DNA of 64,000 nt from an uncultured archaeon (GTDB taxonomy: Archaea > Iainarchaeota > Iainarchaeia > Iainarchaeales > GCA-2688035): NCBI GenBank assembly GCA_964354805.1, contig CAYHBD010000009.1, forward strand, positions 91,538-155,537. Reading direction: 5' to 3'. The position numbers were made by a program, and so were the translations under genes. This document shows, piece after piece, positions 46,004 through 55,955 of the stretch; within the stretch, counting starts at the first letter, position 1; the number at the start of each line of letters is the position of its first letter. The notes beneath the pieces are model-generated. The model worked only from the letters and a program-made list of their open reading frames with translations, did not search any database and was not told the DNA's origin.

Positions 46004-48025
46004 TTGAAATCCTGCATTAAAATTCCTGCAATCGCATTCCTTGCAATGCTGTTGATCGGGGCAGCATCAGCCCAAAAAATGAGGCATAAAGAGAAAAAGT
46101 TAATACAAGCGAATTTAGTGCTAGCAATTGGTATAGTTTCTTTACTGATTTTTTTTAGTTTGGGAAGTATTAGAGAGCCAGTTAAAGAAGGTTTAACGAG
46201 CTTTGCCGTATCAAGTTTTGATGAAGTTGTTCCCAATTGTGGCAATAATCTTTGCGAGAGTGGAGAAATTGCTGAAAGTTGTCCTGATGATTGCGATATA
46301 TGTTCTGAAGAAAAATGTGATGTGTATGCCCCTATTCAGCATAAGAAATATTTTAAGGCTGAAAAGGAAGTTTATGGTTATGACCCGCCTTTCCAACCAG
46401 CTCGAGTAACCTTTGACGCTAATAATAGGCCATATATCAGAAAGAATGACTGTAACACTACAAATGACTTCGCGTTTCGATGTTTTACAAATCAGCTAAT
46501 TATTCAAACCCTTAACAGCAGTGGAGAGTGGGAGTATTGGGATTTATCTAATATAGTAAAAACATACAAAGACCAAATGTTTAGATCCAGCACTCAAACA
46601 GATGAAAGAGTAATTATTGATTCTGACGGAGATATGTATCTTGCAGTTGAATACAATCTTGAACCTTCTCTGCTACTTTTATATTCAAATGATGAGGGTA
46701 AAAACTGGCAGAGTTATCCTATCCAAGGGGTGTCTATGAAGTTTGAACCATGGCCAGGGCGAAATACTCCATCAATTTTAATCACAAATCGTGATAATAA
46801 GGAATTATATTTTATTATACCCCAAAAATTATCAAATGGCACCTTAGATCTCTCCCATAAAATAAAATTATCAGATAATGCCTGGGAACCACTAAATCCT
46901 GGAGGGTATATGAGTTATTCTTTTAGTTATGGTGATCTAACTTTTTTTGTTTGGGCAGAATCAATTAGTTCTACTCCTAATGAAAACGGAACTCCATCTT
47001 ACATTGCCGTGTATAATAGGACAAGCAGATTGTTAAGTCAACCATATCATATTGGAAATGGTGGAACTTATAATGGGGGGACAGGACTCACTGAGCCCCA
47101 TAATCAACCAACCTTATGTTTGGATTCCAAAGGGTATATTCATGTTATCCTAGGAGGCCATAATGAGCAATTTAAATATTACAAATCAAAATATCCTTTA
47201 AATATCACAAAGTGGGAAGCACCCGTCTATCTTGGGGATCCAAATATTGATAATGTACAGAATAAACTAACTTATCCTGCACTACTTTGCGGAAAGGATG
47301 ATACTTTACATCTTGCTATGCGTTCAATAATTCCTACTTATAGTTTCACTTTATCTTATACAAGAAAAAAAACAGGTCAGGGTTGGGAAAAAATTAAGCC
47401 GCTTGTTTTACCATTCAGAGCCTATTATGGACACTGGTATCATCAACTGAACATGGATAATAATGGCGTATTGTACTTAAATTATTGGTATCTTGCAAAT
47501 AATTTATTTGATGATGAGCTTGAGGCTTATCAACAAAAGTGGCCAGACGAAGACATTAATCTTAGCGGAGCATACAAACCAACAAACAACACATATTGGT
47601 GGAATCTCTATCCACTATACCACAGTCCAGCGATGCTTGTTTCCTACGATAACGGAGATTCTTGGAAGCTCGCTGTTACAAGTGATTTTATAAAAGGAAT
47701 GAACAAAGAAATCTGCGGAAACCAGCAATGCGAAGCAGGCGAAACCTTTGAAAGCTGCCCAACAGACTGCAAATGCGGCAATAGCGCCTGCGAAGTAGGC
47801 GAAACTTTCACAACATGCCCGGCAGACTGCAAATGCGGCAATGCAACATGCGACGCAGGCGAAACATTCGAAACCTGCCCACGAGACTGCCCTCAAGAAT
47901 GCGTTGACAACGAAAAACTGGTAGGCTACTATATCCCCCAGTGGAAAAGGGGGGAAATAACCATGCTGACACTAATGCAGAAAATGAGGCAATGGAAAGC
48001 TGGAACAGGATGCCAGCCAGCATAG
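45995..48025 (+). CDS. Secreted protein, family member D: an N-terminal Cys mini-module, a BNR/propeller-like core, three C-terminal Cys mini-modules and the conserved tail; apparent TTG start
   Basis: Signal MIKLKSCIKIPAIAFLAMLL. C-terminus CGNQQCEAGETFESCPTDCKCGNSACEVGETFTTCPADCKCGNATCDAGETFETCPRDCPQECVDNEKLVGYYIPQWKRGEITMLTLMQKMRQWKAGTGCQPA. Confidence 0.7.
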   Translation: MIKLKSCIKIPAIAFLAMLLIGAASAQKMRHKEKKLIQANLVLAIGIVSLLIFFSLGSIREPVKEGLTSFAVSSFDEVVPNCGNNLCESGEIAESCPDDCDICSEEKCDVYAPIQHKKYFKAEKEVYGYDPPFQPARVTFDANNRPYIRKNDCNTTNDFAFRCFTNQLIIQTLNSSGEWEYWDLSNIVKTYKDQMFRSSTQTDERVIIDSDGDMYLAVEYNLEPSLLLLYSNDEGKNWQSYPIQGVSMKFEPWPGRNTPSILITNRDNKELYFIIPQKLSNGTLDLSHKIKLSDNAWEPLNPGGYMSYSFSYGDLTFFVWAESISSTPNENGTPSYIAVYNRTSRLLSQPYHIGNGGTYNGGTGLTEPHNQPTLCLDSKGYIHVILGGHNEQFKYYKSKYPLNITKWEAPVYLGDPNIDNVQNKLTYPALLCGKDDTLHLAMRSIIPTYSFTLSYTRKKTGQGWEKIKPLVLPFRAYYGHWYHQLNMDNNGVLYLNYWYLANNLFDDELEAYQQKWPDEDINLSGAYKPTNNTYWWNLYPLYHSPAMLVSYDNGDSWKLAVTSDFIKGMNKEICGNQQCEAGETFESCPTDCKCGNSACEVGETFTTCPADCKCGNATCDAGETFETCPRDCPQECVDNEKLVGYYIPQWKRGEITMLTLMQKMRQWKAGTGCQPA

Positions 48026-48108
48026 CGCAGGCAATGAAAAGCAGGTGAAGGCTGCCCAATATAAAAATGGCTGTAAAGGAGAAAAAGAATTGCAAAAATG
48101 GGAGCAGT

Positions 48109-48147
48109 AGATTTTTATTCGAAAAAGACATACTCTAATTGATTAAA
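48109..48147 (+). promoter_or_regulatory. Conserved family upstream element, copy E (runs into the TTG start)
   Basis: agatttttattcgaaaaagacatactctaattgattaaa. Confidence 0.5.
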
Positions 48148-50310
48148 TTGAAATCCTGCGCTAAAATTCTCGCAATCGCATTACTTGCAATGCTTTTGGC
48201 TGGAACAGCGGCGGCTGCCAACTGCATAGGCAACAAGTCTGGGAATCTTATAGTTAACGGAGACCTGGAGGCAGTCACCGCAGGCATTCCTGACTGCTGG
48301 TATAAAGAGGGCTGGGAAAAAGATGGGGTGGCGCTGCCAGGAAGGGATTTGAATTGGGTTAAGGACCCTATTACAGGCGGAGACCATGGAATGGTTTTGA
48401 AAACGCAGAACACAAGCAATGGATCAGGCACAGGGCTTGCATGGCAAAATCCAGTTGCCCCTGAGCTTGTAGAGCCAAACACCTGGTATGAGCTTTCCTT
48501 CTCTTATGCCACTGAAGGCATTGAACCACTGCTTGACACAGACGGCAACATGCTACAGGACAGCGTTTGGATTGGGGCAGGCGCTATAATATGGGACGGA
48601 AACTGGAATAAGATAGATAAAGTGGATTCGTTAATTTGGGCTCAGGACCTTGAATTGGACAAGTGGGATGACAGCGCATGGGTTTACAGGACATACAAAA
48701 AAACAGGGCTTAAGCCATGGAAAGACGTAAAAAAATATTTTAAGACCCCTGCTGTGGTTGGACATATATACATATTAACATACAATTATCCAAAAGGAAC
48801 AGCATATTTTGATAATTTCTCACTCAGGAAAATAGGTTACAATCCTAATGATGTTCCATTTAAAAAATCCGGGACACTGCGCTTCCTCCAGTTTAAGGAT
48901 GAGGATTTTTTCCCAATATTCCTGCACTCGTTTCCACAAAGAGGAGGGACAGATATTGGATTAAATGAGGTTAAAGAAAACGGATTCAACACAACAAACA
49001 GCTGGAACAAAACAAAAATCGAGGAGTTGGATCTGGCAAGCGCAATAGACCTGCCTGAAATCCACAAAGGCTCTCCTGATAATCTCTCATGGTACAATGA
49101 CCCTGGCCCTGGGAATTCAATTGCATACACTGGAAAGGCAGAAATTAAAACCAGAGTTTCCGAATGGAAAGATTTTGACAACCTTTTATTTTTTATAACC
49201 AGGAATGAAATTGAGTGCCACCCTGTCAGAGACGAGTCATTTGTGCCTGATTTAGAAACATACAAAAAAATCAGCGAATATGTCAGAGGCAATGGGGCAA
49301 AAATATTCTACGGGTTCTGCGGAAGCTATTACAATACCCCGGAAGCATATACTGGAAGCTATGATGACTTTGTAAATTATTACCATCCGCTTGCGGATAT
49401 TATAAGCCATACCGCAAACCTGCCGCCGGCATACCCAAGCGCATACAACGAACCTCAATTAGACAAGGTCGGCATATGGACAAGGACAGACCTTTCCAGG
49501 AGCCCCGAAAAATATTTTATTGCAAGAGGCTTCAGCAGAATGGACTGGGCAAACTGGGACAGGGCAAGGGAAGCAGATGGGAGTGTTCGCAGGTACGACA
49601 TATATGTACCGTTCAACCTGCAAAGGTTCCTTGTGTGGACCCAGATAATAAACGGCGCCACAGGGGCTGATTTTCTGTATACAAGCGCGATAAACCTAAC
49701 TGACAAAGACTATGCCAAATACTATGCCCACAGCTGGAAGCAGATAACCGCAATATCAAAAGAGCTCTCGGAATTATACCCTGTTCTTGTTGAACCCCAG
49801 TTCCTTGACGAGTGGCAGGTTTCCGATCCAAGAGTGGAGATAATGATGAAAAAGCATGATGAAAAGATTTACCTTTTTGCAGCAAGCACGCATTATGAGG
49901 ATTTGCTCAAGGAAACAATAACACTTGACAGCAAATACAACATAGCAAAAATAACGGCACTGAACGAAGTAATAAACGGGGATGTGGACAATCCCCCAAC
50001 TGACAGAAGCATTGAGCTAGCTTCACCAAACAGCTTTGTTGACGACTTTGTTGGAGACGACGGCTCGCACGCATCTGCAGCAAGCCCTGGATATGCTGTG
50101 CACATTTACGAGATTGAATTAAGCGCCTGCGGCAATGGCACATGCGATTCAGGCGAAACTGTCTCATGCCCGCAGGATTGCCAAGAATGCGTTGACACGC
50201 CGACATTAATGAACCAGTACATTCCCCAGTGGAAAAGAGGAGAAATAAGCATGCTAACACTAATGCAGAAAATAAGGCAACGGAACACAGGGGAAGGATG
50301 CCCGCAATAA
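48139..50310 (+). CDS. Secreted protein, family member E: CBM4/9-like N-terminal domain, a glycoside-hydrolase-like core, one Cys mini-module and the conserved tail
   Basis: Signal MIKLKSCAKILAIALLAMLL. NGDLEAVTAGIPDCWYKEGW (CBM-like). C-terminus CGNGTCDSGETVSCPQDCQECVDTPTLMNQYIPQWKRGEISMLTLMQKIRQRNTGEGCPQ. Confidence 0.7.
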   Translation: MIKLKSCAKILAIALLAMLLAGTAAAANCIGNKSGNLIVNGDLEAVTAGIPDCWYKEGWEKDGVALPGRDLNWVKDPITGGDHGMVLKTQNTSNGSGTGLAWQNPVAPELVEPNTWYELSFSYATEGIEPLLDTDGNMLQDSVWIGAGAIIWDGNWNKIDKVDSLIWAQDLELDKWDDSAWVYRTYKKTGLKPWKDVKKYFKTPAVVGHIYILTYNYPKGTAYFDNFSLRKIGYNPNDVPFKKSGTLRFLQFKDEDFFPIFLHSFPQRGGTDIGLNEVKENGFNTTNSWNKTKIEELDLASAIDLPEIHKGSPDNLSWYNDPGPGNSIAYTGKAEIKTRVSEWKDFDNLLFFITRNEIECHPVRDESFVPDLETYKKISEYVRGNGAKIFYGFCGSYYNTPEAYTGSYDDFVNYYHPLADIISHTANLPPAYPSAYNEPQLDKVGIWTRTDLSRSPEKYFIARGFSRMDWANWDRAREADGSVRRYDIYVPFNLQRFLVWTQIINGATGADFLYTSAINLTDKDYAKYYAHSWKQITAISKELSELYPVLVEPQFLDEWQVSDPRVEIMMKKHDEKIYLFAASTHYEDLLKETITLDSKYNIAKITALNEVINGDVDNPPTDRSIELASPNSFVDDFVGDDGSHASAASPGYAVHIYEIELSACGNGTCDSGETVSCPQDCQECVDTPTLMNQYIPQWKRGEISMLTLMQKIRQRNTGEGCPQ

Positions 50311-50517
50311 AAAAAGAAATGGCTGCAAGGGAGAAAAGAAACAGCCCCCCACATGGGAAGGGGGGAGTGGCGGCAATTCCTGCAAAAGGGGCAATTGGGC
50401 TTTTGGGAAAAAAAGCGGTGTATTTAAATTTTTTGTCCCAGGTATGTTTTATTAGGTATTTTTGGCAAGTCAAGTGGATCTTAATTTAGCTTTCCATTTG
50501 GCGCTGATTTTAGGTGA

Positions 50518-50805
50518 TTGGGCATGGATGCTGCTGTTAAGAAGGAAATGCAGGAGTTGCTTGATTTGATGCGGTCAATCCTGAACGACAGGCTTGTTCC
50601 GAGAAACATCAGGGCTGTTGTGGAGGAAGCAATGCAGAAAATAGGGGTGAAAAAGCCCAAGGTTGAGGACTTCAGCACCGCAATTTACCTGCTTGACGAC
50701 ATAAGCGCTGACATCAACATGCCAACGCACACAAGAACCGATATCTGGGAAGCAATCAGCAAAATGGAAGCTATTAAAGAGAAAATAAAGGAGCTTCCGG
50801 TTTGA
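50518..50805 (+). CDS. Small conserved archaeal protein (UPF0147-like), stop overlapping the DP1 start
   Basis: 95 aa, helical. ...LLDDISADINMPTHTR... resembles the UPF0147 family. Likely co-transcribed with polD. Confidence 0.35.
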   Translation: MGMDAAVKKEMQELLDLMRSILNDRLVPRNIRAVVEEAMQKIGVKKPKVEDFSTAIYLLDDISADINMPTHTRTDIWEAISKMEAIKEKIKELPV

Positions 50806-52308
50806 ATGCAGTTGGCTGAAGTAAAGGAAAAGGAAATAGTTGAATACGCTGGCAGCAAAGAAGCGCTAATTGATGAACAGGCGGTTAAGCTGCTTAGCGA
50901 AAGGCCTGATTTCAGGGAAATAATTGACAGTCTGCTCAGTGAGGGAACGTTCATCATTGACAGGAAAGCGGTTGAGAAAAAAATCCTGAAGCCGAAAACA
51001 GGTATTGCAGCAAAAGAAGAAGCGGTTGTAGAAAAAAGCAGGTTCAAGCCGCATGCGAAAGAAATAACCGCGAATTTCAAAATCCTGCCCCAGCTTGACA
51101 TAACAGGACAGAGCAAAACGTATGGTACGGCAAAGGATTTCCTGCACTATTTCCAGAGAAAATTCGAATTGCTTTCAGAAATGCTGAAAAAAAGGCACAC
51201 GCTCAGCCCAAAGCCGCTCAACAGGCTGAAAGCAGTTCCCAAAGGCAGCGCTGTTGACGTAATAGGCATGGTTTTCAAAAAGTGGGTTACAAAAAACGGG
51301 CATGTTGCACTGCAGCTGGAGGATTTGGAAGCAAAATGCATTGCCCTTGTGCTAAAGGATGAGCTTGCCTTGACAGCTGCAGTAGAGCACATAATCATTG
51401 ACGACGTGATTGCAGTAAAGGCAGTGAAATGGCAGGAGGGAATGCTGATTATAAAGGAAATAATCAGGCCTGATTTGCCAGTGAGGGAGAACAGGAAAGC
51501 AGAGCAGAATGTTTCAATTGCGAGCATAAGCGACATGCATGTTGGAAGCAAGCTTTTTCTGGAAAAGCCTTTCCAGAATTTCCTGGAATGGCTGAATGGA
51601 AGGGCTGAAAACAAAAAAGAGCAGGAAAAGGTAAGCAAAATAAAGTATTTGATTGTAACAGGAGACAATGTTGATGGGTGTGGCGTTTACCCAAACCAAT
51701 TCAGCGAACTGAACATAAAGGACATCTACCAGCAATACAAGGAATTCAGCAAATTCATTATGCAGGTACCGGAATACATTGAAGTATTCATTATTCCGGG
51801 GCAGCACGATGCAGTAAGATGGGCTGACCCACAGCCTGCAATCCCGAAAGAATTTGCCCCTGAACTGCATGCCCTGCCCAATGTCCATTTCCTCGGCAGC
51901 CCAAGCTGGGTTTCAATCGAAGGAATGCTCACAATGCTTTACCACGGGGGGGCATTGCACGAATTGATTGCTTCACTCAGCTTCCTAAACAGCGAACACC
52001 CGGAAGAAGCAATGATTGAAGTTCTAAGAAGAAGGGACCTTATGACAGGATATGGCCACAAGCAGCCTTATGTTCCGGAAAAAGAGGACCTGCTTGTAAT
52101 AAGGGAGCCCCCGGACCTGATTTACATTGGAGACATGCACCACAACGCTTACGGAAACTACAGGGGAACAACAATAATAAACAGCGGGACATGGCAGGCA
52201 AGAACAAGCTACCAGGTAAAGCTTGGTCACATCCCAACGCCGTGCATTGCGCCGGTGCTGAATCTCGCAACAGGAAAAATAACGGAAAATCACTTCATGC
52301 AGCAGTAG
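50806..52308 (+). CDS. dp1: DNA polymerase II (PolD) small subunit DP1, a calcineurin-like phosphoesterase/exonuclease
   Basis: ISDMHVGS, VTGDNVDG, GQHD, and GDMHHNAY metallophosphatase motifs, with an N-terminal OB-like region. Confidence 0.9.
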   Translation: MQLAEVKEKEIVEYAGSKEALIDEQAVKLLSERPDFREIIDSLLSEGTFIIDRKAVEKKILKPKTGIAAKEEAVVEKSRFKPHAKEITANFKILPQLDITGQSKTYGTAKDFLHYFQRKFELLSEMLKKRHTLSPKPLNRLKAVPKGSAVDVIGMVFKKWVTKNGHVALQLEDLEAKCIALVLKDELALTAAVEHIIIDDVIAVKAVKWQEGMLIIKEIIRPDLPVRENRKAEQNVSIASISDMHVGSKLFLEKPFQNFLEWLNGRAENKKEQEKVSKIKYLIVTGDNVDGCGVYPNQFSELNIKDIYQQYKEFSKFIMQVPEYIEVFIIPGQHDAVRWADPQPAIPKEFAPELHALPNVHFLGSPSWVSIEGMLTMLYHGGALHELIASLSFLNSEHPEEAMIEVLRRRDLMTGYGHKQPYVPEKEDLLVIREPPDLIYIGDMHHNAYGNYRGTTIINSGTWQARTSYQVKLGHIPTPCIAPVLNLATGKITENHFMQQ

Positions 52309-52428
52309 AGGGAACAGATGCCAATAAAATTGGATTTGACAAATTGAAAAATAAAATGAAAAAAAATTTAAAAGTGAAAAAAACATGCCGATAAAATTGG
52401 ATTCACTGACAGGCGAGAAAAAAAGTAA

Positions 52429-55400
52429 GTGATAATTATGCCGATAAAAATTGACATTGATGCAAGTAGTGCGGTTAAGAGCTACTATGATTCAGTTGCA
52501 GCTGAAGTGGAAAAACAGCTTTCCGTTGCAGCAGAGGCAAAGTCAAGGGGCTTTGATGTAAGCACTGCAATCGAAACAAAGCCTGTGGCAGACCTTGCCG
52601 ACAGGACTGAAACAATTATCGGGCCGCCGGGAATTGCAAAAAGGTACAGGGAAGTGTTTGAGGAAAAGAATGGAAACAGGATGGATGCAATATTCCAAAT
52701 ATTCAAGGAAATAATCGACCAGCAGTGGTGCAAGATTGTGGACGACCAGAAAAGGATTGAACAGGCAATCAAAACATGCCTTGTTTTGAATACCGAGGGC
52801 GTTGTTGTTGCACCGCTTGACGGGGTGCCTGAAATAAAAATAAGCAGAAACCCTGATGGAAGCAAATACATCGATGTTTACTACGCAGGCCCGATAAGGG
52901 CAGCAGGCGGAACATCAGCAGTATTGCCGCTTATTTTAGGGGATTACGCAAAGCAGTTGCTCGGTCTGGACAGGTTCAAGCCGACAGAGGATGAAGTGGA
53001 GAGATATGTTGAAGAATGCCAGATTTATGAAGAGATTGTAAGCAGGCAGTACAGGCTGAGCGAGGCTGAAGTGAAAAAAATAATTAGGGGCTGCACTGTG
53101 TGCATCAACGGCGAACCAACGGAAGAAAGGGAAGTGGCAGTGCACAGGAACCTGCCGAGAATTGAAAGCAACAGGATAAGGGGCGGAATGTGCCTTGTGA
53201 TAAGCGAAGGCGTTGCACTAAAAGCGCCGAAGATTCTGCAGTTTTCGAAACAGCTTGGATTGGACTGGAGCTGGCTTGAAGGAATAATAAAGGTGGGAAA
53301 AAGCGAAAGCGGCGAGAGAAAAATTGAGCCGAACGAAAAGTTTTTGGAGGGCACAGCAGCTGGAAGGCCGATCTTCTGCTATCCTGAGCGAATCGGGGGC
53401 TTCAGGCTGCGCTACGGCAAAGCAAGAAACACCGGGATAATGGGGAAAGGGATTCACCCTGCAACAATGTTTCTGCTGGATGAATTTGTTGCTGTTGCAA
53501 CACAGCTGAAAGTGGAAAGGCCTGGAAAAGCAGCAGGAATTTTCCCGGTTGATTCTATTGAAGGGCCGATAGTAAAGCTGCTGAACGGCTACGTTGTGAA
53601 AGTAAACAGCCTGCAGCAGGCAATTGAATTGAAACAGAAAATTGCCCAGATTCTTTTCTTGGGTGACATTCTTGTAAGCGTTGGCGATTTTCGGCACAGC
53701 GCCCATCCATTGGTGCCAGCCGGCTATTGTAGTGAATGGTGGGCAAAGGAACTGCAAAGGCAGCTGCGAAAAATCCCTGTGGAAAAAGAGCAGTTCGAGG
53801 AAATAATTGCAAAGCCGGAAAATGTAAGCATTGAACAGGCAATTGAATTGAGCGAAAAATTCAATGCGCCGCTGCACCCGAACGCGCTGTATTACTATGA
53901 CGCTTTGAACAAAAATGAATTAATTCAATTAATTAGTTTCTTGCAGAAAGCTGAAACAACCAAAGAAGGCAAAAAAATTTCCGCGATTGAATTGCCAAAA
54001 CAAGGAGCGGAAAAACAACTGCTTGAAAAAATTGGTTTGCCACACAAGGTTGAGGGCGACAAAATAATAATTGACGCAGATAATGCCCTTGCTTTAACCA
54101 AAACACTTGCCTTGCAGAAAAGCAGCCCTGAAATTGCAGGCATAATAGAAAAATCCGCTGATGTAATTGACGCATTGAACAATTTAAGCGGCCTTGTGAT
54201 TAGAGACCTTTGCGGAACATTTGTCGGAAGCAGGATGGGCAGGCCTGAGGCAAGCAGGCCGAGGAAAATGATCGGAAACCCAAACGTGCTTTTCCCAATA
54301 GGCTTGCACGGTGGCAACATCAGGAGCGTCAACAAGGCAATGGCAAGTGAAACAGAGGGCAGCCCAGGCAAAATACTGGTTGAAATAGCTTTATTCAAAT
54401 GCCCGGAATGCAGGCAGGTAAGGGAGCAGCCATTCTGCCCTGCATGCGGCAAAAGAGCTGAAAAAATAAACCAGTGCCCGAACTGCGGCAGCATTTCTGC
54501 AACGGAAAAATGCGCAAAATGCGGCAAGATGACATCGCCTTTCTCAAAAAGGGAGATTGACCTAGGCCTTACAATGCAACAGGCAGCACAGAACCTTGGC
54601 ATAAAAGTGCCTGAACTTGTAAAAGGAGTAAAAGGGACAATAAACAAGGACAGAGTAACCGAACCCCTGGAAAAAGGACTGCTGAGAGCAAAGCACGACA
54701 TGCATGTTTTCAGGGACGCGACAATAAGGTATGAGCTGATAAATGCGCCCTTAACGCACTTCACTGCAGCAGAGATTGGAATAAGCATTGCCAAGCTGCG
54801 CGAATTAGGCTACAGTAAGGACAGTGAAGGAAAGGAATTGGAAAAGAACGGGCAATTGGTCGAATTAATGCCCCAGGACATAATAATCCACGAGCAGGCA
54901 GGCGAATTCTTTGCAAAAGAAACAAAATTCATAGACGAACTGCTGCAGCGCTTCTACAAAATACAGCCATACTTCAACGTAAACAAAAAAGAAGATTTGG
55001 TGGGGCAACTGCTGCTTGGGCTAGCACCCCACACAAGCGCGGCAATAGTCGGCAGGGTGATTGGCTTCACAAAAGCAAGATGCTGCTTTGCCCACCCATT
55101 CTTCCACCAGACAAAGAGGCGAAACATAGACGGAGACCAGGATTCACTGCTTCTGCTTATGGATGCCCTGCTGAATTTCTCGCATTCGTATCTGCCGAGC
55201 AGCAGGGGAGGCAGAATGGATGCACCGCTCGTTTTCACCATTGCCTTGAAACCAACAGAAATAGATGATGAGTGCTATCAAATGGAGAAATGCAGCAGCT
55301 ATCCGCTTGAATTGTATGAAATGGCCCAGAAAATAATGCCGGCTGATGTAAGCGGCATTGAAAGAGTGAAAGACAGCCTTGGCAAGCAAAGCCAGTATGA

Positions 55401-55875
55401 CGGATTCGAGTGCACGCATTCAACAAGCCAGTTTGATGCCGGTCCTACAACAAGCAGATATGTTACGCTTGGCACAATGGAGGAAAAGCTGAGGGCGCAG
55501 GCAAAACTGCAGTTCAAAATCGCGGCATGCGAAGGAAAAGACGCCATGGAAAGAGTGATGGTATCGCACCTTTTGCCTGACATAATCGGAAACACCAGGG
55601 CATTCAGCAGGCAGCAGTTTCGCTGCACTGCATGCAACGCAAAAATGAGGAGGATTCCGCTTGACGGAAAATGCATTCAGTGCGGAAAACCCAGCGTCAT
55701 TCTGACAATAGCGCAGGGCAGCGTGCGAAAATACCTGCTGATAGCGAAAGCGCTTGCGGAAGAATACCAGCTAAGCGATTACCTGAAGCAGAGGCTTGAA
55801 TTAGCCGGCAGGGAAATAGACAGCATATTCCAAAACGAGCAAAAAGAGCAAAAAAAGCTGGCGGAATTTGTTTAA
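52429..55875 (+). CDS. dp2: DNA polymerase II (PolD) large subunit DP2, no intein
   Basis: 1148 aa. CPECRQ...CPACG and CPNCG...CAKCG zinc modules, and the conserved DP2 catalytic core with C-terminal Cys clusters (CTACNA...CIQCG). Confidence 0.9.
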   Translation: MIIMPIKIDIDASSAVKSYYDSVAAEVEKQLSVAAEAKSRGFDVSTAIETKPVADLADRTETIIGPPGIAKRYREVFEEKNGNRMDAIFQIFKEIIDQQWCKIVDDQKRIEQAIKTCLVLNTEGVVVAPLDGVPEIKISRNPDGSKYIDVYYAGPIRAAGGTSAVLPLILGDYAKQLLGLDRFKPTEDEVERYVEECQIYEEIVSRQYRLSEAEVKKIIRGCTVCINGEPTEEREVAVHRNLPRIESNRIRGGMCLVISEGVALKAPKILQFSKQLGLDWSWLEGIIKVGKSESGERKIEPNEKFLEGTAAGRPIFCYPERIGGFRLRYGKARNTGIMGKGIHPATMFLLDEFVAVATQLKVERPGKAAGIFPVDSIEGPIVKLLNGYVVKVNSLQQAIELKQKIAQILFLGDILVSVGDFRHSAHPLVPAGYCSEWWAKELQRQLRKIPVEKEQFEEIIAKPENVSIEQAIELSEKFNAPLHPNALYYYDALNKNELIQLISFLQKAETTKEGKKISAIELPKQGAEKQLLEKIGLPHKVEGDKIIIDADNALALTKTLALQKSSPEIAGIIEKSADVIDALNNLSGLVIRDLCGTFVGSRMGRPEASRPRKMIGNPNVLFPIGLHGGNIRSVNKAMASETEGSPGKILVEIALFKCPECRQVREQPFCPACGKRAEKINQCPNCGSISATEKCAKCGKMTSPFSKREIDLGLTMQQAAQNLGIKVPELVKGVKGTINKDRVTEPLEKGLLRAKHDMHVFRDATIRYELINAPLTHFTAAEIGISIAKLRELGYSKDSEGKELEKNGQLVELMPQDIIIHEQAGEFFAKETKFIDELLQRFYKIQPYFNVNKKEDLVGQLLLGLAPHTSAAIVGRVIGFTKARCCFAHPFFHQTKRRNIDGDQDSLLLLMDALLNFSHSYLPSSRGGRMDAPLVFTIALKPTEIDDECYQMEKCSSYPLELYEMAQKIMPADVSGIERVKDSLGKQSQYDGFECTHSTSQFDAGPTTSRYVTLGTMEEKLRAQAKLQFKIAACEGKDAMERVMVSHLLPDIIGNTRAFSRQQFRCTACNAKMRRIPLDGKCIQCGKPSVILTIAQGSVRKYLLIAKALAEEYQLSDYLKQRLELAGREIDSIFQNEQKEQKKLAEFV

Positions 55876-55955
55876 GTGGAAGGGCAGACCCGAAACAATG
55901 TTTTTTAAAATAAACCTGAAAATCTTATTTATATAAACTGCTAAAGGGAAAAAGT

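Noticed and set aside
42200-50310. Conserved C-terminal tail of the secreted family as an archaeosortase (PGF-CTERM-like) signal
   Set aside because: The tail lacks the hydrophobic TM segment and the terminal basic cluster required for exosortase/archaeosortase substrates. It is amphipathic and polar (WKRGEISMLTLMQKMKQYKAGTGC).
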